From: Chlamydiota bacterium
GTDB taxonomy: Bacteria; Auribacterota; JACPWU01
Assembly (NCBI GenBank): GCA_016196885.1
Contig: JACPWU010000045.1
Coordinates: forward strand, 1 to 21,624
Direction: 5' to 3'
DNA: 21,624 nt
Position numbers and translations under genes: made by a program. The stretch's first letter is position 1; each line of letters opens with the position of its first letter. Below are positions 1-11,432 of the stretch, piece after piece. The notes under the pieces are model-generated. The model worked only from the letters and a program-made list of their open reading frames with translations, made no database searches and was not told where the DNA came from.

Positions 1-281
1 CCAGGGGCGGATACGCTTTTCTTTCCTCTGTATAAGGATGTGACGATGTCTATTTGACCTGTGACTTCCATGGAGCCTAATGAAGGGGAATACGGATTGG
101 GGGTGGCACTTAGATTTTGGATTTGAAGCTGGGTGCGGGCTGATATTTTTTTAGGTGTAGTTTGTGCTTGGGAAAGGGAACAGAAGGTGAGGACAAAAAA
201 ACTAGCGATAAAAAAAGACCCAAAGAATATTCTTTGACCCAGAAAAAGACGACCGGAAAAATGAACGGAGACATCCTTCAT
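1..281 (-). CDS. N-terminal part of an exported protein with a signal peptide; the CDS runs off the left edge
   Basis: My own reverse-complement translation from the ATG at 281-279 stays open to position 1: MKDVSVHFSGRLFLGQRIFFGSFFIASFFVLTFCSLSQAQTTPKKISARTQLQIQNLSATPNPYSPSLGSMEVTGQIDI... It has a hydrophobic h-region followed by an SQA|Q cleavage-like site. It is absent from the ORF track, presumably because it is edge-truncated. Confidence 0.45.
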   Translation of the reverse strand, partial: MKDVSVHFSGRLFLGQRIFFGSFFIASFFVLTFCSLSQAQTTPKKISARTQLQIQNLSATPNPYSPSLGSMEVTGQIDIVTSLYRGKKSVSAP

Positions 282-362
282 AAAAATTTCTCCCTCTTTC
301 CGGCGCTACGATTAGATGACGGAGTATCAGAGTCAGAATGTCAAATTTCTCTGTGAGAAGTC

Positions 363-399
363 AACACATTTTTCCCCTTTAAAAGGGATAAAATGTGTT
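363..399. repeat. Inverted repeat (10-bp outer stem plus an inner CCCTT/AAGGG stem) overlapping the stop codon of the radical-SAM gene
   Basis: AACACATTTT (363-372) pairs with AAAATGTGTT (390-399). The inner CCCTT (375-379) pairs with AAGGG (383-387). No U-run follows on the - strand, so a terminator role is uncertain. Confidence 0.35.
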
Positions 400-1335
400 A
401 CGACACACCCCATGGATATCGATCGTGCATTCGTGCAGTTTTCCCTGATAACTCTCTCTCTTTTTAAATTCATTCTCAATCGTTTGAATAATCTTAGCCT
501 TCTCCAAAGTCCACATCGGTGCTAAAAGTCGTTCTTTAGCAGCACTTCCCGCCAAACGCTGCACAATCACAGAAGCGGGAATACGTTCTAGAAAATCAAC
601 GACCCAAGAAGCATAGTCTTGTAATTCTAAAACAGGAATCAAACCTTTTCGCCAAGGTCCTTCCATGGGCGCCGTTTTCAAAATATGAAGATGATGCAAT
701 TTCACGGCATCGATGCCCAATTCTGAAATTAATTTTGCACCTTGCATCATGTGTTCCCAATCATCCCCCGGAAGACCCAAAATCATGTGGGCGCAAATTT
801 GAAAACCCAACGCCTTCATTCGCTGCGTAGCGGATATAAAACTGGCTACGTCATGGCCGCGATTTACCCTCTTTAAAACTTCATCGTTCGCCGTCTGAAG
901 ACCCAACTCTAGCCAAAAATTTGTTTTACCACGATACTCGCACAAAAGTTCAATCACATCCCCAGGAAGACAATCCGGTCGCGTCGCCACATCTAAACCC
1001 ACCACATCTTCTACACAGAGTGCTTCGTCAAAAAGCGCCCGAAGGCGATCAGGGGTGGTATAGGTTCCCGTATAGGCTTGAAAATAGGCAATGAATTTTC
1101 GGGCCCCAAATCGCTTCGAAAAAAGAACCTTGCCTTCTTCTAACTGCTGACGAATGGAGAGAAGCGCGCGAGTTTGTCCAGGTCCCGATCCATCTACGTC
1201 ACAATAGGTACATCCTCCCAAAGCAAGTTTTCCATCACGATTGGGACAGGTAAATCCAGCATCTAGGGTGATTTTATGAACCGGAACACCAAAGGTCTCT
1301 TTTAAAACTCTAGAAAAGGAGCGATAGTAATTCAT
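379..1335 (-). CDS. Radical SAM protein, TIGR01212 (YhcC-like) family
   Basis: The N-terminus MNYYRSFSRVLKETFGVPVHKITLDAGFTCPNRDG...GGCTYCD matches the unusual CxxxxxxxC..C cluster region of this family. The ORF track extends to a GTG at 1401, but the extra 22 aa overlap heptad repeats. The ATG at 1335 gives the N-terminal length expected for the family. Confidence 0.85.
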   Translation of the reverse strand: MNYYRSFSRVLKETFGVPVHKITLDAGFTCPNRDGKLALGGCTYCDVDGSGPGQTRALLSIRQQLEEGKVLFSKRFGARKFIAYFQAYTGTYTTPDRLRALFDEALCVEDVVGLDVATRPDCLPGDVIELLCEYRGKTNFWLELGLQTANDEVLKRVNRGHDVASFISATQRMKALGFQICAHMILGLPGDDWEHMMQGAKLISELGIDAVKLHHLHILKTAPMEGPWRKGLIPVLELQDYASWVVDFLERIPASVIVQRLAGSAAKERLLAPMWTLEKAKIIQTIENEFKKRESYQGKLHECTIDIHGVCRNTFYPF

Positions 1336-1339
1336 AATT

Positions 1340-1402
1340 GAGCGTACAGCGTTCAGCGTACAGTTTTCAAGGAAAAGATTTTTTTCTGAAACACTAAACA
1401 CT
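1340..1402. repeat. Two blocks of 7-nt tandem words flanking an AAGG + T-rich core; the arms are not complementary
   Basis: GAGCGTA CAGCGTT CAGCGTA CAG (1340-1363), then ttttcAAGGaaaagatttttttctg, then AAACACT AAACACT (1389-1402). Confidence 0.6.
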
Positions 1403-1486
1403 TTTTAAAATTTTTCCACTTTTTTCTTGCCTATCTCGCTTGGAGTGCTAAAATCCTTCCGTTCGTGACGGGCGCGATAGAGGGTC

Positions 1487-1626
1487 TGTGGATAACCTGT
1501 GGATTTCTTGTGGAAAACTGTTGAGGAAAATTTTGAGCACCCCGGCTTCCAATACGAAAAAAGCCCTGATCTTTCCTGAAAGAGAAGCCGATCGTTCATC
1601 GAAAATTGTGGAAAACCTGTGAATAA
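1487..1626 (-). promoter_or_regulatory. DnaA-box array upstream of dnaA (autoregulation and/or part of oriC)
   Basis: The reverse complements match TTWTNCACA. TGTGGATAA 1487-1495 is a perfect TTATCCACA. The others are TGTGGATTT 1498-1506, TGTGGAAAA 1509-1517, TGTGGAAAA 1607-1615 and TGTGAATAA 1618-1626. All share one orientation, and spacing within each cluster is exactly 11 bp. Confidence 0.75.
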
Positions 1627-1629
1627 CTT

Positions 1630-2973
1630 ATGAGTGAGAAAACGGCAACCTCCTTGACTGAGTTATGGCCCCGCTTCACAGATAGAGTTAAAGATGCACT
1701 TTCCACTCAAACTTATGACAATTGGTTTGCTCCCATCAAGCCTCTCGGAATGGAAAATGGAACTTTGGAAGTAGAGGCTCCGAATAAATTCTTTAAAGAC
1801 TGGCTCATCAAGCATTATAAAACCTATATTGAGGAAACCTTTCAACACCTGTCAGGAGAGCCTTTCAAATTGGCGGTGGTGGTGAACACTGCAGAGCCTC
1901 AAAAAATATCTGAAACGCCTGCTCTCCATTTGAGAAGAACCATTCCTCCTTACAAAGAAAAGAACCTGAATCAAAATTATACCTTTGATCATTTTGTGGT
2001 CGGCCCCTCCAATCGCTTCGCCCATGCGGCTGCGATTGCCGTGGCCCAATCCCCTGCTAGAGCCTATAACCCTCTTTTCATCTATGGGGGCGTAGGATTA
2101 GGAAAAACGCACCTGATGCATGCAGTCGGCCATTTTGCCCTGGAACATCAACCGCGCCAGCGTGTCCTTTACATTTCAAGCGAGGAATTCACGAATCAAT
2201 TCATTGATTCCGTTCAAAACAACACCATGGTCCGCTTTAGAAACAAATACCGCAGTGTGGATATTCTCATGATTGATGACATTCATTTCCTAAGTGGCAA
2301 GGAGCAAACTCAGGAGGAATTTTTTCACACCTTTAACTCTCTCTATGATGCCCATAAACAGGTTATTCTTTCAAGCGATCGCCCTCCGAAGGAAATCTCT
2401 AACATCGAGGAAAGATTGGTGTCCCGATTTGAGTGGGGTTTGGTGACGGATCTTCAACCCCCCGATACGGAGACTCGCATCGCCATTTTGCGCAAAAAGG
2501 CGCAGATTTCAAATCTTGAACTCTCCGATGATTTGGCCTTTTTTCTGGCCAGCCGAATCAAGACCAACATCCGAAAGCTTGAGGGCGCTTTGATTAAGGT
2601 GATCTCTTATGCCTCTTTGAATAAAACAGCCCCTTCAGTCGCCATGGCTGAAGAAGTCATTCAAGACATCTTAGGGGAAGAAAAAGTGGTCTCTATTGAA
2701 AATATCCAGAAAAAAGTCGCGGAGCACTACGATTTAAGAATTTCAGATATGATTGGGAAGAAAAGGCCTCAAACCATCGCCTTTCCAAGACAAGTCGCAA
2801 TGTACTTGTCCAGAGAATTAACCCACCATTCCCTTCAGGAAATTGGGGAGGCCTTTGGAGGAAGAGATCACACCACCGTTCTTCACGCCTACAAAACCAT
2901 TGAGAATGTGACGGAAAAAGACTTCAAAGTCAAAAAAACCATCTCTTTTCTGAAACAGAAAATGGGAGAATGA
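1630..2973 (+). CDS. dnaA: Chromosomal replication initiator protein DnaA
   Basis: Walker A GGVGLGKTHLMHAVG, Walker B ILMIDDIHFL, sensor/box VII region, and a C-terminal DNA-binding helix-turn-helix (RQVAMYLSRELT...GGRDHTTVLHA). It sits in the canonical dnaA-dnaN-recF-gyrB context. Confidence 0.97.
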   Translation: MSEKTATSLTELWPRFTDRVKDALSTQTYDNWFAPIKPLGMENGTLEVEAPNKFFKDWLIKHYKTYIEETFQHLSGEPFKLAVVVNTAEPQKISETPALHLRRTIPPYKEKNLNQNYTFDHFVVGPSNRFAHAAAIAVAQSPARAYNPLFIYGGVGLGKTHLMHAVGHFALEHQPRQRVLYISSEEFTNQFIDSVQNNTMVRFRNKYRSVDILMIDDIHFLSGKEQTQEEFFHTFNSLYDAHKQVILSSDRPPKEISNIEERLVSRFEWGLVTDLQPPDTETRIAILRKKAQISNLELSDDLAFFLASRIKTNIRKLEGALIKVISYASLNKTAPSVAMAEEVIQDILGEEKVVSIENIQKKVAEHYDLRISDMIGKKRPQTIAFPRQVAMYLSRELTHHSLQEIGEAFGGRDHTTVLHAYKTIENVTEKDFKVKKTISFLKQKMGE

Positions 2974-2983
2974 TGTTTTAAAA

Positions 2984-3064
2984 CAGTCCATAGTCGACAG
3001 TCGATAGTCCATTGTTTTAAAGGAATTATTTGTTTTCGTGGACTGTGGACTATCGATTTTTTTT
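2984..3064 (+). terminator. dnaA terminator-like hairpin with heptad-word arms followed by T8
   Basis: The left arm is CAGTCCA TAGTCGA CAGTCGA TAGTCCA (2984-3011). The right arm is TGGACTG TGGACTA TCGA (3039-3056). A perfect 11-bp pairing joins 3001-3011 to 3046-3056, and 12/14 pair in a register shifted by 7 nt. A T8 run follows at 3057-3064. Confidence 0.6.
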
Positions 3065-3262
3065 GTCCCTTTCTTTTGTGCATAATCTGTTCATTTTATG
3101 TGGATTTTATGGGGGTAATTCAGTAAGATTTTTATTGTCCACAGACTCTTAACGTTTTATTCAGAAGTAGAGAAGCGGCGTGTTGAGATGAGACACACAT
3201 CTTCACAGGTCCTATTACTACTGTTTATATATAATTAAAGAATAATTAATAAAAGCATTCAT
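3044..3262. other. Candidate oriC segment: phased DnaA boxes plus an AT-rich unwinding-element candidate
   Basis: The boxes are TGTGGACTA 3044-3052, TGTGCATAA 3077-3085 (rc TTATGCACA), TGTGGATTT 3099-3107, and TTGTCCACA 3135-3143 in the opposite orientation. Offsets between the first three are 33 and 22 bp, both multiples of 11. A strongly AT-rich stretch at 3224-3258 (tttatatataattaaagaataattaataaaag) abuts dnaN. Confidence 0.5.
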
Positions 3263-3282
3263 AGAATTTGGGGGTAACTTTC

Positions 3283-4392
3283 ATGAAAGCAAAATGCCGA
3301 AAAGAAGATCTTCTCTATGGATTTGGGCAAGTTCAAAATATTGCCAACTCTAGGACTACTCTGCCCATTCTCGGAAATGTTCTGGTTGATGCCAAAGGAG
3401 AAGAGGTTACTTTAACGGCAACAGATCTTGAAATTGGAATTAAAGTGAAAATTCCTTCGCAGATTAAAGAAGAGGGGATTACCACCCTTCCTGCAAAAAA
3501 GATGTTCAGCCTTATACGGGAGCTTTCTCATCAGGATTTGGAAATAGAAGTGGAGTCCAATCATTTAACGAATATTTATAGTGGAAGTTCTTTTTTTAAA
3601 ATTGTGGGCTCCTCAGAGTTAGATTTTCCAAAACTTCCTTCCTTTGATCATAAAAAAGGCCTTCTTCTGGATCAGAAAAGTTTTAAGGATTTGATTCGCA
3701 AAACCTCTTATGCCATTTCAAAGGATGAGACACGCTATGTGCTGAACGGGCTTTTGATCTCTTTTCAGAAGGATAAGGTGGTGGTAGTCGCTACAGATGG
3801 AAGGAGGCTTGCTTACGCCCAGGGAGAGACCTCGCAAGAGGCGCCCGAGAAGGATGTGATTCTTCCTGCCAAGGCGGTCCAGGAAATTGCCAAACTTCTT
3901 AAGGAAGAGGGTCAGGTGGAATGCATTCTTTTTGAGAATCAAGCCGCGTTTGTCTTTAAAACTCCTTCTGGACAAGATGAATGTGTCGTTATTTCAAGAT
4001 TAATTGAAGGAAATTTTCCCAATTACAAGCAGGTGATTCCGAGTCAAGTGAAGGAGAGGGTGGTTTTAAACCGTGAAGAATTTTTTTCAGCCGTTCGAAG
4101 GGTTTCTGTGGTCACCCATGAAAAATCAAGTTTGATCAAGGTGGCTCTCAAGAAAAATCTCTTAACCTTGACGGCCCAAACCCCAGAGGTAGGAGAGGCC
4201 AAAGAAGAAATTCCTTTGGCCTATGAAGGGGAGGAAGTAGCGATTGCCTTTAATCCTTCTTATTTGATAGATGTTTTAAGAAATTTGGAGGAAGAGGAAG
4301 TGACATTCGAATTCAATGACTCTTTAAGTCCGGGGATGATACGTTCGGGAAATTCATTTCTCTATGTGATCATGCCCATGAGGATTGCGTAA
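3283..4392 (+). CDS. dnaN: DNA polymerase III beta sliding clamp
   Basis: About 370 aa with three-domain clamp length, a typical N-terminus (MKAKCRKEDLL...VQNIANSRTTLPILGNVL) and C-terminus (...MPMRI). It follows dnaA. I prefer the ATG at 3283, which has a GGGGT RBS, over the TTG at 3268 in the ORF track. Confidence 0.95.
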   Translation: MKAKCRKEDLLYGFGQVQNIANSRTTLPILGNVLVDAKGEEVTLTATDLEIGIKVKIPSQIKEEGITTLPAKKMFSLIRELSHQDLEIEVESNHLTNIYSGSSFFKIVGSSELDFPKLPSFDHKKGLLLDQKSFKDLIRKTSYAISKDETRYVLNGLLISFQKDKVVVVATDGRRLAYAQGETSQEAPEKDVILPAKAVQEIAKLLKEEGQVECILFENQAAFVFKTPSGQDECVVISRLIEGNFPNYKQVIPSQVKERVVLNREEFFSAVRRVSVVTHEKSSLIKVALKKNLLTLTAQTPEVGEAKEEIPLAYEGEEVAIAFNPSYLIDVLRNLEEEEVTFEFNDSLSPGMIRSGNSFLYVIMPMRIA

Positions 4393-4406
4393 AAATTTAA
4401 AAATGG

Positions 4407-5490
4407 GTGAAGCACATCCTTAGCGAAATTTCAGTCAAAGATTATCGAAACATTAAATGGGTGGAGTTGGGTTTCTCTTGTTCTCAAAATATTTTTGCGG
4501 GTGACAATGCCCAGGGGAAAACGAATCTTTTAGAAGCGATTTATCTTTTGGCCACGGGTCGCAGTTTCAGAACTTCTAACCTAGAGGATCTTTTTCCTTG
4601 GGACGGAGGGCGACCTCGGGTGAGGGGGCTTTTTCAGGCAAAGGGGAGGCCCTTAGAGGTAGAATTAGAACTCTCAAGTGACCGAAAGATGGCTCGGGTG
4701 AACGGGGTTGAGAAGGCGAGGCTTTCTCAGCTCCTGGGACAAGTCCAGATTGTTGAAATCATCCCCCAAGACATTCTTCTGGTGGATGGAGAACCCTCCC
4801 GCAGAAGAAGGTTTCTCGACCTGGGTATTTCAGAGTGGGATACGCGGTATTATCTTCATTCGATCAAATACCATCAAGGTTTGCGCCAGAGAAACAAAGC
4901 CCTTCAAGGACCCCCCGATTTGGCGAGGCAAAAGGTGCGAGTTTGGAATTCGATTCTGGAGGAGAATGGTTCTTATCTCTCTTGGAAGAGAAAGAAAATG
5001 GTGGAGGCCTTGAACGAAGGGCTGTCCAGAGTTTATCCCCAGGTCTCTTCCAAGGATGAGTTGGCCGAGGTGCGTTATCTCCCAACTGTAGAGGGGGAGA
5101 CTTTGGAGGAAATTAGAACGGCGCTGTGCGAAAAATTTTTGAGGGAAGAGCCCAGGGATTTGGTCTTGGGCCATACGACCGTCGGCCCTCATCGAGATGA
5201 TTTGAGCTTTTTGATTCGGGGAGAAGATGCAAGCACTTTTGCTTCAGAAGGGCAGAAGAGGTCTCTCGTCATCGCCTTGAAATTATCTTTGGGGGTTTTT
5301 TTAAAAGAAGTCCAGATGCGGGACCCCATTTTTATTTTGGATGACGTTTTAACGCAGTTAGATCAAGGCCGGCGCAAGGGCTTGTTAAATGTTCTGACCC
5401 CGTATCAATCTTTTGTGGCAGTGACCTCTCGCGAACTCGATCAAGAATGGATGCGAGGGGGGCGGTGGTTTCACGTTCAAGGAGGGAGCT

Positions 5491-5510
<20 letters not shown>
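4407..5510 (+). CDS. recF: DNA replication and repair protein RecF
   Basis: Walker A GDNAQGKTNLLEAI, an SMC-like signature (SEGQKRSLVIALKL) and Walker B (IFILDDV). GTG start. Conserved position after dnaN. Confidence 0.93.
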
Positions 5511-8864
<3,354 letters not shown>

Positions 8865-8867
8865 AAA

Positions 8868-8931
8868 CCGTACATCGTTTTTAAAAGGTATTTTTATTTT
8901 TCGAAGTACGATGTTCGAAGTACGAAGTACG
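8868..8931 (+). repeat. gyrB-gyrA spacer element: short left arm, AAGG/T-rich core, four-heptad right arm
   Basis: CCGTACATCG, then tttttaaAAGGtatttttattttt, then CGAAGTA CGATGTT CGAAGTA CGAAGTA CG. The left arm pairs 8/9 with 8909-8917. Confidence 0.55.
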
Positions 8932-8951
8932 TTTAAAGGAGCGAAGCGACT

Positions 8952-11432
8952 GTGGCTGAAGAGAGCAAAAATATTTTTACGAAGAATGAAAAAATTGTCC
9001 CGATCTCCATCGAAGAAGAGGTGCGTAATTCCTATCTCGATTATTCGATGAGTGTGATTGTGGGGCGAGCCCTTCCAGATGTGCGGGATGGTTTGAAGCC
9101 GGTACATCGCAGAATTCTCTATGCGATGCGAGATTTGGGCCTGCTTCACAATCGCGAGTATAAAAAATCTGCTCGCGTGGTGGGGGAGGTTCTCGGCAAG
9201 TATCACCCTCACGGGGACCTTTCCGTATATGATGCCTTGGTTCGGATGGTTCAAGATTTCTCCATGCGTTATCCCTTGGTGGATGGACAAGGGAACTTCG
9301 GCTCTCTGGATGACAATGCCGCGGCCATGCGCTACACCGAGGTTCGGCTCACCGCCCTGGCAGAAGACATGCTGGAAGACATTGAAAAAGACACCGTGGA
9401 TTTTCGTCCCAATTTTGATGAATCCGAACGTGAGCCCGTGATTCTACCTACCAAAATTCCAAATCTGATTTTAAATGGTTCAAGTGGGATTGCGGTTGGA
9501 ATGGCGACCAACATCCCGTCCCACAATCTGAAAGAGGTAGTGGAGGCGATTAAATATTTGATTGATAGTCCGGGCTGTACGCTTGAGCAGTTGATGGAGA
9601 AGATACCAGGACCTGATTTTCCAACCGCCGGTATTATCTGTGGCCGACAGGGCGTCAAGGAAATGTATTCCACAGGGAAAGGCCTGATTAAAGTTCGTGC
9701 CCGGGCTGGCATTGAAGAGGTGAAGGGAGGTAAAGAAAACATTATTGTCACGGAAATCCCTTATACCATCAGCAAGGCCGCTCTCATCAAAACCATGGTA
9801 GAACTCGTGCAGGATAAAAGAATCACGGGGATCAGCGATATTCGGGATGAGTCGGATAAGGACGGCATTCGCATCGTGGTTGAGATCAAACGCGGTGAAA
9901 ATGGCAAGGTGGTGCTGAATCAGCTTTATAAACACACACAGATGCAAACCACCTTTGGGGCGATTGTGCTCGCGATTGATCAGGGCCTTCCCAAAGTTCT
10001 TCCTTTGAAGGCTTTTCTCCAGCAGCATGTGGATTATCGTAAAACGGTGATCGTTCGACGATGCAAATTTGATCTTCAGGTGGCCGAGGATCGCGCCCAT
10101 ATTTTGGAAGGCTTCAAAATCGCCATGGCCCATTTGGATGAAGTGGTCAAGGTGATTCGAAAAGCGAAGGATCGCAAGGAGGCCTTTGAAAAACTGATGC
10201 TCAAATTTCGTTTAAGCGATCGCCAGGCCCATGCGATTTTAGAGATGCGCCTTTATCAACTCACGAATTTGGAAGTTGAAAAGATAGAAGCAGAGTATCT
10301 CGAGGTGATTAAGAAGATTGCGTATTTAAAAGGAATTTTGGCCAGTGAGAAGAAGGTGTTGGCCCTGATCAAAGAAGAGCTGGATGAACTAAAAGAAAAA
10401 TATGGCGATGATCGGCGCACGCAATTTGTCGAAGACGAAAAAGAATTCCGAATCGAGGACCTCATTGCGGATGAAAGCACGATTATCACAGTGACGCACA
10501 GTGGATACATTAAGAGAACCTCACCCAGTTTGTACCGCCAGCAGCGCCGTGGCGGAAAGGGTGTTGCAGGGATGGAGGTGCGGGATGAAGATTTTGTGGA
10601 GGATCTTTTCACGGCGTCCACCCACGATTATCTTCTTTTCATCACTGAAAATGGTCATTTGTATTGGCTGAAGGTGTATGAAATTCCTCAGGCGAGCCGC
10701 CAGGCCAAGGGCAAGGCCATTGTGAATTTGATCGAGATGGAACCGGGAGAAAAATTAGCAACCTCTATCTGCGTTCGGGATTTTAATCAACCGCTCAGCT
10801 TGGTCATGGCCACACAAAATGGGGTGATTAAGAAAACACCGCTCAATGCCTTTGGCAATCCGAGGCGTGGAGGCATCATTGCGATCAAGGTGGATGGTAA
10901 AGACCGTTTGGTCAGTGCCCGCCTTTCAGGCCCTGATAGTGATTTGCTTTTAGCGACGCATTTGGGGCAATCCATTCGCTTTCACGCGAAGCAATTGAGA
11001 GACATGGGACGGGCCACGCAGGGGGTCAGAGGCATTCGATTAGGGAAAAAAGATTATGTGGTGGCCATGGAAGTGGTTCAGAAAGACGCGGCTCTTTTGA
11101 TCGTGACAGAAAATGGCTATGGGAAAAGAACCTCTTTTGAAGAATACCGAATTCAGAGCCGTGGGGGCAAAGGCATTATCACGGTGAAAACAAAGGATCG
11201 AAATGGGCCGGTGGTGGGGGCCCTTTCTGTGGTGGAAAAAGATGAGGTGATGATTATCACCTCGATGGGCAAAATGATTCGCTCCCCCGTTTCCGATATT
11301 TCTGTGATTGGCCGAAACACCCAAGGGGTGCGCTTGATTAACATCGCAGGTAAGGACCAAGTCGTAGCCATTTGTAAAGTGATAGAGGATGGGGCTGAGG
11401 AAGGTACGGGAGAAGAAAATGCTGGAACTTAA
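8952..11432 (+). CDS. gyrA: DNA gyrase subunit A
   Basis: Catalytic-Tyr motif [21 protein letters not shown], the GyrA-box QRRGGKG (which marks gyrase rather than topoisomerase IV), beta-pinwheel repeats and an acidic tail. GTG start preceded by AAAGGAG. Confidence 0.97.
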   Translation: MAEESKNIFTKNEKIVPISIEEEVRNSYLDYSMSVIVGRALPDVRDGLKPVHRRILYAMRDLGLLHNREYKKSARVVGEVLGKYHPHGDLSVYDALVRMVQDFSMRYPLVDGQGNFGSLDDNAAAMRYTEVRLTALAEDMLEDIEKDTVDFRPNFDESEREPVILPTKIPNLILNGSSGIAVGMATNIPSHNLKEVVEAIKYLIDSPGCTLEQLMEKIPGPDFPTAGIICGRQGVKEMYSTGKGLIKVRARAGIEEVKGGKENIIVTEIPYTISKAALIKTMVELVQDKRITGISDIRDESDKDGIRIVVEIKRGENGKVVLNQLYKHTQMQTTFGAIVLAIDQGLPKVLPLKAFLQQHVDYRKTVIVRRCKFDLQVAEDRAHILEGFKIAMAHLDEVVKVIRKAKDRKEAFEKLMLKFRLSDRQAHAILEMRLYQLTNLEVEKIEAEYLEVIKKIAYLKGILASEKKVLALIKEELDELKEKYGDDRRTQFVEDEKEFRIEDLIADESTIITVTHSGYIKRTSPSLYRQQRRGGKGVAGMEVRDEDFVEDLFTASTHDYLLFITENGHLYWLKVYEIPQASRQAKGKAIVNLIEMEPGEKLATSICVRDFNQPLSLVMATQNGVIKKTPLNAFGNPRRGGIIAIKVDGKDRLVSARLSGPDSDLLLATHLGQSIRFHAKQLRDMGRATQGVRGIRLGKKDYVVAMEVVQKDAALLIVTENGYGKRTSFEEYRIQSRGGKGIITVKTKDRNGPVVGALSVVEKDEVMIITSMGKMIRSPVSDISVIGRNTQGVRLINIAGKDQVVAICKVIEDGAEEGTGEENAGT

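Noticed and set aside
162-525. Two + strand ORFs (162-356 and 316-525)
   Set aside because: They overlap the better-supported - strand signal-peptide CDS and the end of the radical-SAM gene. The Lys-rich translation reflects the A-rich antisense strand.
1405-1599. 64-aa ORF on the - strand between the radical-SAM gene and dnaA
   Set aside because: It overlaps the DnaA-box array and promoter region. It has no RBS or recognisable domain, so the region is better explained as regulatory DNA.
9480-10133. 217-aa ORF on the - strand inside gyrA. Similar antisense ORFs occur at 11040-11585, 10256-10621, 9332-9751, 8853-9290, 6483-6926, 5817-6191 and 4830-5192.
   Set aside because: All lie fully antisense to strongly supported housekeeping CDSs. 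They have low-complexity or odd composition (Ser/Arg/His-rich) and no recognisable motifs or RBS. They are typical shadow ORFs.
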